Source of the DNA: a virus
Virus record (IMG/VR): IMGVR_UViG_3300030099_008323
Location: 96,001 to 160,000 of that record
Reading direction: 5' to 3' (one strand)
DNA length: 64,000 bases
The notes beneath the pieces are model-generated. The model worked only from the letters and a program-made list of their open reading frames with translations. It ran no database searches and was not told the origin of the DNA. The position numbers and the translations under genes were made by a program. How positions within the stretch are numbered: position 1 is the stretch's first letter; every line of letters starts with the position of its first letter. This document shows, in pieces, positions 10,718 through 20,585 of the stretch.

Positions 10718-12133
10718 TTAATTTGTTTTGTTATTTGGGCTGCCTATATACTTACTGCCACTGTCATAAAAATATTTACTTTTTACTGCAGCGAGATTAT
10801 GAGAGTGTTTAAGCATGTCAACCTCAACTTTTGAGGCAACGTCAACGTCTAGAGTAAGGCCCTTCATGAACACATCTAAATTAAGCAAGCTGTTGAGCGC
10901 AAAAAATGGCGAAACATGATCATGATTTGCAATGGCTTGATTAAATTTTTGTTGATATTTTATGTATGAATGCATGCTTTGAGCAATTTTTTCTACATGA
11001 AACATCACTCTTTTCATGCCCTCAGCCAGATTATCTCCTAGTACTAATGGTTGTAGTGTAGTGTGGTCATTGTTGGCGATAAGCTCAATTCCAGCATTTT
11101 CTCCAGATATATCACCATTTTGTGAGTTCTTTTTGTCAGTTCCAGTAACTAATCTCAAGCTCTCCCTAGCAATCAATCTTACATTATCAGCCTTGAGTGC
11201 TACGGCAGATTTAGCATTAAAAGGACTAGCTGCATCTCTTATGTTTGATTTACCTTTCATCTCAGCTATTCCAAAATTTTTGTCAACGTCCGTTTTTTGA
11301 CTAATATAAATTCTTGCGGCGTCAACAAAAAAATTAGGATTTATTTTAATTGGCACTTGTATATTTCCACGTGGCGTGGTACCATCTATTGTTGTATCTG
11401 TAGCAGCAATGTCGGCAGGCTCTTCTACATATTCTCTAGGATGAGGGCCTGCCATACCTACAACAATATCAATTGAGTCTGTTTGTGTATGGCCTTTACC
11501 TCCATAGCCTGTGTGAGGAAAACTAACTCTGTCATTCCCAAGAACTATAAAAGCATTATTGTCTAACCCTCTTATAACTTTCTCACATGCCGTATTTTGC
11601 CTGTCAATCATTGGCTGCAATCTTTTTGCGCCGAAGACTCCAGAAACGCCTAGGGCACCTCGCTGTTGCTCGCTCAATTTTCTATAATCTTGCAGTCGAG
11701 TAGAGCGTACGCCGGCGATGTATCTTGTATCTTTTGTTTGGCTCGGGGGCCTAACTGGTATTCTTCCAGAATCTGGCTGTCCTGGATTACGATCTGGTGG
11801 TTTATATGGGCTTTCTTCTAACTGTTCAGAACTAGTTGTTTCAGACAATTTATCTAAATTATTTGGACTCGGGCTAATTATTGGCCCTGCGGGGTCAGCA
11901 GGCTGAATATCGATTGTATCTGCCAATGGATTATCTTGGCCACCATTTATAGTAGCATTGGGATTCTGTTTTTTTACTTCATTTATAAATCTTTTAGCTT
12001 CTACTGCGTTAGTTGTGTTTAATGATTTTCTTGGTACTCCGTTTTGATCAACAACGTCTATACTATAGTATTGATTAATACCAGCGGCACCTGATTGGTT
12101 AACGGTCCTAAATAATATATCTTCTTGCGCCAT
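10718..12133 (-). CDS. Putative baseplate spike/hub-like protein
   Basis: ATG at 12133 after GGGAG (track starts at TTG 12142). Beta-rich repeats ARIYISQKTDVD, ALKADNVRLIARESLRLVTG and a QPLVLGDNL motif resemble gp5/gpV C-terminal regions; function is inference. Confidence 0.45.
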   Translation of the reverse strand: MAQEDILFRTVNQSGAAGINQYYSIDVVDQNGVPRKSLNTTNAVEAKRFINEVKKQNPNATINGGQDNPLADTIDIQPADPAGPIISPSPNNLDKLSETTSSEQLEESPYKPPDRNPGQPDSGRIPVRPPSQTKDTRYIAGVRSTRLQDYRKLSEQQRGALGVSGVFGAKRLQPMIDRQNTACEKVIRGLDNNAFIVLGNDRVSFPHTGYGGKGHTQTDSIDIVVGMAGPHPREYVEEPADIAATDTTIDGTTPRGNIQVPIKINPNFFVDAARIYISQKTDVDKNFGIAEMKGKSNIRDAASPFNAKSAVALKADNVRLIARESLRLVTGTDKKNSQNGDISGENAGIELIANNDHTTLQPLVLGDNLAEGMKRVMFHVEKIAQSMHSYIKYQQKFNQAIANHDHVSPFFALNSLLNLDVFMKGLTLDVDVASKVEVDMLKHSHNLAAVKSKYFYDSGSKYIGSPNNKTN

Positions 12134-12134
12134 T

Positions 12135-15100
12135 TTATGCAACTCCCTGTGGATTGTAATCGCCGCGCGGGTCTACATTCATCATTTTGACCTCTAATTG
12201 TAAGGCTTCATCTTCGAGCTGATCCCATGGAATAGAATTAACTGGATCGGTTGGTAGAGGATTCCAAAACTGAAAATATGAATGATTATCAACTTTAGTT
12301 GTGACACCCGGCCATGATATAGCTATAATCTTGTCAACAACATTCTTAATGCCATACAGTCTATCTAAGCGTGCTTTTTCCCGGAGGCTCCACTTATACT
12401 GACCCGTAATAGCATTTCGCCAACGACCAGATTTGAATCTTCTCTTCATGAAAAAGCTATTACCCCACTTCATACCTGAAGCTTCACAGAAGGCTATAAT
12501 CCACCTAGTTGGGTTTGATAGAGGGTAACCTGATAAAGGCACGATCGGGGTATCAGTAGCCTCAACTAAAACTTTTTCTACTTCGGCTGTATGTAAATCA
12601 CTATCATGTAAAGCAGCTTTTTCGATATCGTTTGTTACTAATTGAACTCTGCTATTATAATCGCCGTCCCTCCAACAATTCTCTCTAAAAGACTCATAAT
12701 GATTATTAAAAACGCCTAAGTCATATAGCTCTTTTGCAAAAGCAGGATGCCCACCCAGGCCTGGCGACCAAGCACCTGTCCATACGCTCATTGAGCCATG
12801 GCCGGGATTATTAGGGTTGCCGCACAAAAAGGCATCGATGTTCAAAGCCAAGCCGTAAGCGGCCGGCGACATTCCGGTATCATACGCAACAATACCATCT
12901 TTACCACCAGGCTTCCCTTTGTAAGAGCCAACTATACCAGAAGCTACATGAAAAGGATAGTAATTTGAAGCTGCGCATGCTTTTCTCCACGCCATTTCAA
13001 TTCTGGGTGCGAGGCAAGACCATACAGATACATCACTTTTTTTTCTTTTAACGGCGCCATTTCTAGCCCTTACCTGGTGAAAAAATTTGTCAGCCTCAAA
13101 TTTATATTGAGAATACGAAGGAATTTTTTCTTCAAGTTTGGAATCTTCACTAGAAATGTTTGTTGTTATTTGTTGGTCTGTACCTTCGAGAATAACTGAA
13201 CTAACAGTATGGAATGTGTAATCTGTTTTCTTTGGCGCAAACGGGATATGCTGTATAATTTCAGCAGCAGTGCGGAAAGCGCTCTTGAACTTTTTATCTC
13301 TGCAAATTGTTGTTGGTGCTGTAGACACCGCGTCAATACCTGGCGCTTGATAGGGAGATTCTGCCATTCTGACTGGGATTTGTTCACAGTCTCCTACGCG
13401 CTCGGGGGCGCCAATTCTTTTTAATTGTTCTAATTTTTGCTTCGCCTTTTGAGCTTCGATTTTCAAGGAATCCAATTCAGCTATTTTTTTTACCAATGGG
13501 GTTGTAATTGCGGCGTCGGATTGACCAGGAAAGACTAAAGGCTCGCCATAAATTTTGGTTACTTCTGCAAGATCTTGAAACTTTGTTGAAACAAAATAAG
13601 ATTTTAGCGCGCGGAAGGTATCTTTGTAGCTTAGCCCAGATTGACCAACTAAAACTCCAGACCCATCGTAAACGCTGTCAGCTTCATTTTCTGCTAAGGC
13701 CAGTTCTGTATCCTTTAGGTTTGCCTCTTGAGCTGCCTGCTGTTGAGTGCGGATTTGATCTTGTAGATATATTTCATAGTTTACAACTCTTTCGATTATT
13801 AATAATCTCTTTACGTTAGTCCACCACTCGGACATGTCCCTCATAAACTCACCGTCTTTTCCAAAGTATAGTAAATCTCTCTTACAATACCTTTTATATT
13901 CGTCTATTTTACAAACATTGCTAACATCACCAACCATTTGAAACAGAGCATTAGAGAAATACTCTATTTTAGGGAGCATCTCATCCCTCTCTCTAAGCAA
14001 TATGGTTGCGCTAGAAAGGCCAGTTTGGCTAGAGATTGCGCCGGCGTGATCTGGCATATCGGAAGTAGTAACAGAATTATAGGACTCTTTTCTTCTCATT
14101 GGCTCTTCACCAGTCTTGTAGACCATCGCGTAACCAACAGCTTCATCAGCGTCAATGTTTGGACCCGTAATATGAAGATTTACAGTTAAATTATTAATAG
14201 TTTTGGTAAACTTTAATTCGCCGGCTTGGACAGAGGGCGCTACAGCAGCTGCATTAATCTCATTGGGGCTAACCGCCATGTTAAATTGAGTATTGACTTC
14301 AGATCCGTGTGTAAAGAACTCTCGGCCGGCGCACTCAGAAGATTTAAATTCTTCTTCCGTTGCAATATAATTAAACTCTACTCTCCTAGATGGATTATTT
14401 TGAATTCTCCTCTGCAAATCATTTTGAAAAAATTCTATTGGTGGAAAATGTTGAAAATGAAAAAATTTAGATTTGTCAATACCTCTAGAAATAAAATCAA
14501 ACCTATCAATTGGCATCGACAAAAAAGATTTTCTTGCTTCATTTTGTGTTCTTCTTTGAAGAGATATTTTTGATAGACCAGCTAGTGTTACGGCTGCCAA
14601 TCCGTCAGCTATAACAGAAACATATTCCACACCTTCATAAGTTATACCTAGGTAATTTTGAATTACCTGCAGAACTTCTTCGTGCATTGCCGCAAAATTG
14701 CCACCTGTAACACTACCATCAAATGTACTTAATTCGCGCTGCTGTAATCTTGTGATTTGTGATAAATTTTCGTTTGTCTTTGAAGGTATTGAATTAAGAT
14801 AATTTGTTACCTCGGCGCGCATAGATGGAACAGTGAAATTAATTTTTGTCCTTATAGAAGGATTTGTAGTTGTACTGGCTTTGGAAGGTGTTGTTCGTGA
14901 TATTCCTAGCGCCATATCGCTTACTCTAGCGGCATCGCCATTTCTTGTACCAAATCCAAGTGAATAAAACATTTCCGGGATTACCAGTATAACATTTCTT
15001 TTATTTTTAATAAGGTCTTTAATAGACGGCGCTATTTTATTTTTAAAATCATTATTAGTACTAATATCTACTCCAACTGGCGTATTTGGGCCCGAAGACC

Positions 15101-16148
15101 AAGAATTTCCAAATCCTCCTATATCATGTAAATAATATTTTATCTCAACTGGCTGAGATGCATCTAACATTTTAGAGGCATATATGATAGTCTCTCTTCC
15201 TGGTGATATTGGTCTATCTAATAAATCTAAATATCCATTATTTTTTAAATGACCAACCCAAACAAAAGCATTCTCTCCATCAGGTGAAGGTCCTCCAATT
15301 TTTCCTACAGCAGATGGCAAAGGATGATTTTTAAGAATATTAACAAAATGTGATTTTGTTTGTGCTGTTCCATCTCCATATATACCGGTTTTATTTGTTG
15401 ATTTTATAAATTTAAAAGATGGTGATGGAAGATTTGCACTGGAAAACGTACTAACAACTAATTTTTTCGCTCCAGCATCATTATATTCTGGAGGTGGACA
15501 TTCTTTATCTATTTTTGCGCCGGCTAGCTCCACCACAGTCTGCATTCTTGCTATTACATTTTCGTGAAATGGTCCTAGGAGTAATCCTGCGGGATTTCCA
15601 GTCAAGCTAGCAGTTCTAGATTCTTTATTTGGTAACGAGACAAGAACTAACTGGCCGACCGCAAGACTGTTAAAAGACTCAGTATCACCTATTGCCCAGA
15701 ACTCACCATGCAGAGAGTCTAATAATTTATCCCATGGCTTTGGAAGTTGAAAATCTAAATCTAAATCTGTATCGTAAACCTTAGCTATGACTCTAATTGG
15801 ATTTTCTGATGCTGATCTTAGTTTTTCTTCATAAACTGCATCTGATAGCATAAGCTCTTGTTGCAATCTTTGCTTACCGCGTAAATTTAAACACTTAGTC
15901 TCACCATATCCAACAGTATTTGGTCCTTTTAAAATTCTTAATATTCTTGCAGGATGAGGGCCTGAACTATCAGGAAGCATCTGATATTTAAATTCATTAT
16001 CTAATATGCCCCTAATGTGCTCGAATACATCAACGCCCGGGTTCTTGCGCGCTCTTAATATATTGCCATGAAGACTGGTAAGCCTAGAGAATTGCTCTGA
16101 ATAGAGCGCTTGAGTTTTTAAATTTTGGGTGTTTGGTTCTTCTGCCAC
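12135..16148 (-). CDS. Large multidomain virion/baseplate protein with degenerate M15-peptidase-like C-terminal domain
   Basis: GTG start after GGAGGAG; 1337 aa. C-terminus has SPAAYGLALNID...GMKWGNSF...DNHSYFQF, spaced like M15 SxHxxGxAxD...WGG...DxxHF(E/Q). Confidence 0.5.
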   Translation of the reverse strand: MAEEPNTQNLKTQALYSEQFSRLTSLHGNILRARKNPGVDVFEHIRGILDNEFKYQMLPDSSGPHPARILRILKGPNTVGYGETKCLNLRGKQRLQQELMLSDAVYEEKLRSASENPIRVIAKVYDTDLDLDFQLPKPWDKLLDSLHGEFWAIGDTESFNSLAVGQLVLVSLPNKESRTASLTGNPAGLLLGPFHENVIARMQTVVELAGAKIDKECPPPEYNDAGAKKLVVSTFSSANLPSPSFKFIKSTNKTGIYGDGTAQTKSHFVNILKNHPLPSAVGKIGGPSPDGENAFVWVGHLKNNGYLDLLDRPISPGRETIIYASKMLDASQPVEIKYYLHDIGGFGNSWSSGPNTPVGVDISTNNDFKNKIAPSIKDLIKNKRNVILVIPEMFYSLGFGTRNGDAARVSDMALGISRTTPSKASTTTNPSIRTKINFTVPSMRAEVTNYLNSIPSKTNENLSQITRLQQRELSTFDGSVTGGNFAAMHEEVLQVIQNYLGITYEGVEYVSVIADGLAAVTLAGLSKISLQRRTQNEARKSFLSMPIDRFDFISRGIDKSKFFHFQHFPPIEFFQNDLQRRIQNNPSRRVEFNYIATEEEFKSSECAGREFFTHGSEVNTQFNMAVSPNEINAAAVAPSVQAGELKFTKTINNLTVNLHITGPNIDADEAVGYAMVYKTGEEPMRRKESYNSVTTSDMPDHAGAISSQTGLSSATILLRERDEMLPKIEYFSNALFQMVGDVSNVCKIDEYKRYCKRDLLYFGKDGEFMRDMSEWWTNVKRLLIIERVVNYEIYLQDQIRTQQQAAQEANLKDTELALAENEADSVYDGSGVLVGQSGLSYKDTFRALKSYFVSTKFQDLAEVTKIYGEPLVFPGQSDAAITTPLVKKIAELDSLKIEAQKAKQKLEQLKRIGAPERVGDCEQIPVRMAESPYQAPGIDAVSTAPTTICRDKKFKSAFRTAAEIIQHIPFAPKKTDYTFHTVSSVILEGTDQQITTNISSEDSKLEEKIPSYSQYKFEADKFFHQVRARNGAVKRKKSDVSVWSCLAPRIEMAWRKACAASNYYPFHVASGIVGSYKGKPGGKDGIVAYDTGMSPAAYGLALNIDAFLCGNPNNPGHGSMSVWTGAWSPGLGGHPAFAKELYDLGVFNNHYESFRENCWRDGDYNSRVQLVTNDIEKAALHDSDLHTAEVEKVLVEATDTPIVPLSGYPLSNPTRWIIAFCEASGMKWGNSFFMKRRFKSGRWRNAITGQYKWSLREKARLDRLYGIKNVVDKIIAISWPGVTTKVDNHSYFQFWNPLPTDPVNSIPWDQLEDEALQLEVKMMNVDPRGDYNPQGVA

Positions 16149-16160
16149 CTTTCTCCTCCA

Positions 16161-16457
16161 CTATTCATCTTTAATCAGATCATATATTTCATCTTTTTCA
16201 AGAGAAGAAAGGTTAGAAACAGTAGTTTCTTTTTTTGATATAAGAGTAGCTAACTTAACCATTTGTTCATTAGAGCGTTGCAGTGTTTCAAGATACTTTG
16301 CTGCAACAGGGCCAGAGTATTGATGTTTCGTTGTATCTTCTTTTAGCATCTTCATGAGATCCAGCAGTAATGTTGAGGCTAGCGCTCTATCTTCTCTAAG
16401 GTTGTTTATAGCCTCTGTTGCCAACTCTTTTGAATCTAAATGTTTCCCTTTTCCCAT
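16161..16457 (-). CDS. Hypothetical helical protein
   Basis: 98-aa ORF with GGAG RBS, coupled to the sigma-like gene. Confidence 0.7.
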   Translation of the reverse strand: MGKGKHLDSKELATEAINNLREDRALASTLLLDLMKMLKEDTTKHQYSGPVAAKYLETLQRSNEQMVKLATLISKKETTVSNLSSLEKDEIYDLIKDE

Positions 16458-17137
16458 TCTATTTTAAAGCTCCTATATCTACTTCTTATACGGTTTAAAT
16501 TATTAACAATCTGCTTAGTATTCAAACCGGTTATCTCTCTCATGTATAGGTAAATAGCTTTTTTATTAAAAATTTCAATTTGTTCTATGCTATCAAAAAG
16601 TATATTTATTGCATCAAGTACTTTTTTTTCATTATCTTTTAATTTAAGTTTTTCCCACTGTTTCATCTCTTTGAATAAATGCTGCCAAAACTCTATCTGC
16701 TCTCTATCAGTTTCATACGTATTCTCTGTAACAAGTTCTTTTAACTCAGTGTCACTTGTCAGGTCTTCATATTTAAGATCTCTTTTTAACTTTTTAGAGT
16801 TTTGTTTTACTTTGTGAATAAACCAATTTTTAGTTATAACGCTAAAATATGAAAATGCTTTAGATTTTTTGCTAGGGTCGTATTTATCAAGAATTGTCAT
16901 TAGCCATATTTTACAATCGTCTTTTAAATAATCAATATTTGGTAAGTTGTTGAACTTATAAGTATATACAATTTTATCCACCATTTCATTAAAGGCTGGT
17001 TCTATAAAATCTATGTACAACTCTGTCCTTACCATTCGATCATCATTCAAGGCATATTTAATAATTGCCTCTTCATGTACTTTAGTAAAGTAGTTATTCT
17101 TTTTTCTAGTCCTTGTTTTCTTCTTCTTCATCGTCAT
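16436..17137 (-). CDS. Phage RNA polymerase sigma-factor-like protein (late-sigma type)
   Basis: Region-2-like segment LMTILDKYDPSKKSKAFSYFSVITKNWFIHKV and C-terminal HTH-like YLYMREITGLNTKQIVNNLNRIR. Likely ATG at 17137 or 17131. Confidence 0.65.
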   Translation of the reverse strand: MTMKKKKTRTRKKNNYFTKVHEEAIIKYALNDDRMVRTELYIDFIEPAFNEMVDKIVYTYKFNNLPNIDYLKDDCKIWLMTILDKYDPSKKSKAFSYFSVITKNWFIHKVKQNSKKLKRDLKYEDLTSDTELKELVTENTYETDREQIEFWQHLFKEMKQWEKLKLKDNEKKVLDAINILFDSIEQIEIFNKKAIYLYMREITGLNTKQIVNNLNRIRSRYRSFKIEWEKGNI

Positions 17138-17486
17138 ATGTTTCAACTTCTACTTGTATATCTTCATCGTATTCTACTTGAAGATCTATGATATCATTCA
17201 CTAAACGTCGTGAATGTTGAATTAAACTTTGTAACTTTTCATCGCCGTAAAAAGCTTCTAGTTGGTGTATGCTCTCCAAATGATCCAAAAAAGATTCAAT
17301 AGAAGTAAAAATTGACGTGATGTCATCTCTTAAGTTTTGTTGCTGTCTAAGCAGTTGGATAGTGTACCAAGCTAATACAATATTAGCCACTACACTAACA
17401 AACAATAAAAATGAAAGTGGACCTATCACATACATTATTAATACTGAATTAATAACTGCTGACAATATTAATAAATAATTAATCAC
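17106..17486 (-). CDS. Membrane protein with coiled-coil and acidic tail
   Basis: Two N-terminal hydrophobic segments followed by a helical region; GTG start. Confidence 0.65.
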   Translation of the reverse strand: MINYLLILSAVINSVLIMYVIGPLSFLLFVSVVANIVLAWYTIQLLRQQQNLRDDITSIFTSIESFLDHLESIHQLEAFYGDEKLQSLIQHSRRLVNDIIDLQVEYDEDIQVEVETYDDEEEENKD

Positions 17487-17739
17487 TTTTTTCCCACATT
17501 ATATTACTCATCTTTTCTTTCTCCTCATTCAATTCTTCACTAAATTCGTCAATTGATCTTTTTACAATATCACCTATTTTTTCTTTTTTATTAATTTTTT
17601 GTAAAGAAAATTTTGACGGCAGCTTCTCTAATGTGTTGTTATTACCACACGTATCACAATCTTTTTTAATATCGCTAACAGAGTGGTAAAAAAAATTTTC
17701 AACATCACAAGAACTACATCGGTAAAGATATTTTGGCAT
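17479..17739 (-). CDS. FmdB-family zinc-ribbon protein
   Basis: MPKYLYRCSSC...CDTCG (MPxYxYxCxxC...CxxCG). Confidence 0.8.
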   Translation of the reverse strand: MPKYLYRCSSCDVENFFYHSVSDIKKDCDTCGNNNTLEKLPSKFSLQKINKKEKIGDIVKRSIDEFSEELNEEKEKMSNIMWEKSD

Positions 17740-17951
17740 TATTCACTGCCATTGCTGTGAGGATATTCATCATGCTCCTCATATTCTTCTTTAAATTTAA
17801 CCAATGGTGGATTCATGACAAACAATTCTTTATTTTCGCTCACCTTAAAATTAAAATTTTTAAGAACTGGAACAATATCACTTTGTTCTAATAAAGATTT
17901 CTGCAGAGCCATCATAACAGCTCCTAGTGCCTCATCTGATAATTTATACAT
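17739..17951 (-). CDS. Hypothetical protein
   Basis: 70-aa ORF overlapping both neighbours in operon fashion. Confidence 0.7.
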   Translation of the reverse strand: MYKLSDEALGAVMMALQKSLLEQSDIVPVLKNFNFKVSENKELFVMNPPLVKFKEEYEEHDEYPHSNGSE

Positions 17952-18810
17952 TACTTCTCCTTTTTATATTATTTATATAATCTTCTAAATTATGCTTTGT
18001 TTTCCATTTTAATTCTTCCTCACATCTTCTGAAAGGTATAACTGGATCTTTTCTATTACCTTTTTGTTGCTGTATATATTCAATATTATTAGAAAACATA
18101 CGAGCTACTTCTTCAATAGAATGTAAAGAATTACTATCACACAAGCAATATCCATCACCAGAACCATGAATACCTATTTTTTCCAAGCCGCTAACAACGT
18201 CTTGTATATGTGTAAAAAATCTTTTTTGTGTGCCAGGTCTAACAACTTTTAAAGCCTTGCCAGCTTTATATAATTCTTCGAATATACCAATTACAGTAGC
18301 ATACTTGCCATTTGATATTTGTCCGGGACCATATACATTAAAAAAGTATGCAATTGCATATTCTAGTCCAAACCACTCAGAATAGTTCTTAATTAACTCT
18401 ACGTTTTTTGCCTTAACCCAGGAGTACGGAGTTAAATTTTCATCCCTACCGGAATTTCCAAACTTGCTACTTGATCCGCCATATATTAATTTTGAATTGT
18501 TTTTCAAACAATATTTCAATACTTGATATGTCCCATCAACATTGTACTTCCATACTTTATCAATATCTTCAAAACTAGTTGATATTCTAGCATATTCACC
18601 AAGATGATATACAATATCTGCTTTTATACTAACTAAATCTAAAATATTGTTAGTGCTACCGGGAATATGGTTTACCCGTGTGTCAAAGAATAATTGACGT
18701 CCAGTAAAGTAATTATCCAGACAATATATATTATTAGATCTATCAAGTAGAAGTTTTTCAATTAAGGCTGATCCTATAAATCCGGCCCCACCTGTAACTA
18801 ATATATTCAT
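17944..18810 (-). CDS. NAD-dependent epimerase/dehydratase (extended SDR, HldD-like position)
   Basis: TGGAGFIGS, YSWVK (YxxxK), NVYGP. Confidence 0.9.
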   Translation of the reverse strand: MNILVTGGAGFIGSALIEKLLLDRSNNIYCLDNYFTGRQLFFDTRVNHIPGSTNNILDLVSIKADIVYHLGEYARISTSFEDIDKVWKYNVDGTYQVLKYCLKNNSKLIYGGSSSKFGNSGRDENLTPYSWVKAKNVELIKNYSEWFGLEYAIAYFFNVYGPGQISNGKYATVIGIFEELYKAGKALKVVRPGTQKRFFTHIQDVVSGLEKIGIHGSGDGYCLCDSNSLHSIEEVARMFSNNIEYIQQQKGNRKDPVIPFRRCEEELKWKTKHNLEDYINNIKRRSNV

Positions 18811-19193
18811 TAGTCTCCCTTAATTAGTCTATAACTGTCTTCATCGAAATGTTGAGTTGAAAATTCAAATAGCTCTGTATCCTCTAGCGCAATCATTTGA
18901 TGTCTTAGTCCAGTTGGGACGTGAAAATTATCTCCTGGAACTAATATTATTTCTTTAGCGCAATCCAAATCATCATATTTAGAATACTTTACTTTTATTT
19001 TACCAGACTGAACATAAAAAACCTCGTCTTTGATTTTATGATAGTGCCAAGAACATCTCCTATCTTTGACAAAATAAAGTAATTTTCCGCAATATTGTTC
19101 TTTGTTAACAATCCACTTTTCAAAACCCCAGCCTTTAGGCACAAAATGAATCGGTAAAAAACTTCTCATCATTAACCCCCTTATCATCAACAT
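18810..19193 (-). CDS. Cupin-fold sugar isomerase-like protein
   Basis: PKGWGFEKW...CSWHYHKIKDEVFYVQSG...HQM cupin metal motif; true start uncertain. Confidence 0.8.
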   Translation of the reverse strand: MLMIRGLMMRSFLPIHFVPKGWGFEKWIVNKEQYCGKLLYFVKDRRCSWHYHKIKDEVFYVQSGKIKVKYSKYDDLDCAKEIILVPGDNFHVPTGLRHQMIALEDTELFEFSTQHFDEDSYRLIKGD

Positions 19194-19479
19194 AATAATC
19201 TGCAGCTGGTTTTCCTAAAAACAACTGATGATATTTGCATCCCCACTCACCAAGCTGCTTTGCAGTTAAAACATAAAAATCTTGTATTGCTTTTTGAGCA
19301 TTGTTATCATGCCTGCCCATACCGCGAGCTGTCATATAGATAATTTTATGGCCATCATCATACAAAGAATTAATAAAACTAATTCTATCTCTCATAGGCT
19401 CCGACAATAAATAATTGCCACCACTCAGCTCACACTGTTTAGTACAAATAGTGCCATCAATATCAAATACATATGTCAT
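19135..19479 (-). CDS. Small HAD phosphatase (capsule-biosynthesis EcbF/BcbF-like)
   Basis: FDIDGT motif I, TAR motif II, GKP...YVDDK motifs III/IV. Confidence 0.85.
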   Translation of the reverse strand: MTYVFDIDGTICTKQCELSGGNYLLSEPMRDRISFINSLYDDGHKIIYMTARGMGRHDNNAQKAIQDFYVLTAKQLGEWGCKYHQLFLGKPAADYYVDDKGVNDEKFFTDSFCA

Positions 19480-19856
19480 TTTTTCTCCAATGCCTTAGTT
19501 GTTGAATACCCATCAATATACCCAAAGATCTTAACCCTAGCAATATCTTTTCCAACAACTTCTTCTGGTTTGTAATCTCCACCTTTTACAATTATATCAG
19601 GCTTTAGCTTTTTAATTAAGTTATAAGGTGTATCTTCTTCAAAAATTACAACCCCATCAACATATTTACAAGACTCAAGCATAAATTTTCTATCCTCTGC
19701 AGAAAAAATTGGCCTTGAGGATCCTTTGAGATTTTTGACACTCTCATCGCTGTTGATACCAACTATTACGTCCCCCAAGCTTTTACAATATCTTAAAAGC
19801 TCAAAATGTCCTCTGTGTAACACGTCGAAACAACCATTAGTAAAAACAACACTCAT
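19476..19856 (-). CDS. hldC: Heptose-1-phosphate nucleotidyltransferase (RfaE domain II-like)
   Basis: VFTNGCFDVLHRGH, GINSDESV..LKG..RPI, KGGDY, GYSTT. Confidence 0.9.
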   Translation of the reverse strand: MSVVFTNGCFDVLHRGHFELLRYCKSLGDVIVGINSDESVKNLKGSSRPIFSAEDRKFMLESCKYVDGVVIFEEDTPYNLIKKLKPDIIVKGGDYKPEEVVGKDIARVKIFGYIDGYSTTKALEKK

Positions 19857-20584
19857 ACCGTACTAACTCCTCTTTTCTGCACAACAGCTGTGGCGCATTG
19901 ATTAGCAAAGTTAATTGATTGCTCTATGTTCGATGTCTCTACAAATTTAACCACCAAGGCAGATATAAATGTATCGCCTGCTCCAGATGAATCTTTAATC
20001 TCAACCTCTGGCACTGGATATAAAACATTAAGATGCTTACATCCATCTCTACTCATTGTCACAATTAGTTTGTCTTTTATATCATTAGATATAGTGTGCT
20101 TTGTCTTTTCATATTCAGTGTTGTTAATTTTTATATATTTAACATGCTCACACCAATCACCTAATATTTTTTTTGTGTCCAGGAACACACAATCATGTTT
20201 TAAAGAGATGTTTTTTATATCGTCTTCAGATAAAAATCCTTTGTTATAATCAGAAATTATAACAGCATCATAGTTGTCAAAAGATATATTATTAATGTTA
20301 GATCTTCCATATTGTTTGTCATTTTCATCAACTCTCATAAACATATGGTTCATATTAAAATCTATATATCTAGTCTTTGTAATCCCCTTCCAATTTTCAT
20401 TGGTAAGCAAATTAGCTTTAGCTCCTAATGAAGAAACATTTCTGTATACATTTCTTGCCATACCACCATTATCAACTGATTTTACAGGATTAAAAACAGG
20501 CACTGGAGCTTCAGGGCATAATCGATTACATTCGCCATAAATAAAAACGTCCCTACAGCTCTCTCCGATAACTAATATCTTCAC
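19853..20584 (-). CDS. hldA: PfkB-family heptose-7-phosphate kinase (RfaE domain I-like)
   Basis: ILVIGE..RD, PEAPVPV, ISDYNKG, DSSGAGDTF; GTG start at 20584 after GAGG. Confidence 0.88.
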   Translation of the reverse strand: MKILVIGESCRDVFIYGECNRLCPEAPVPVFNPVKSVDNGGMARNVYRNVSSLGAKANLLTNENWKGITKTRYIDFNMNHMFMRVDENDKQYGRSNINNISFDNYDAVIISDYNKGFLSEDDIKNISLKHDCVFLDTKKILGDWCEHVKYIKINNTEYEKTKHTISNDIKDKLIVTMSRDGCKHLNVLYPVPEVEIKDSSGAGDTFISALVVKFVETSNIEQSINFANQCATAVVQKRGVSTV

Positions 20585-20585
20585 T

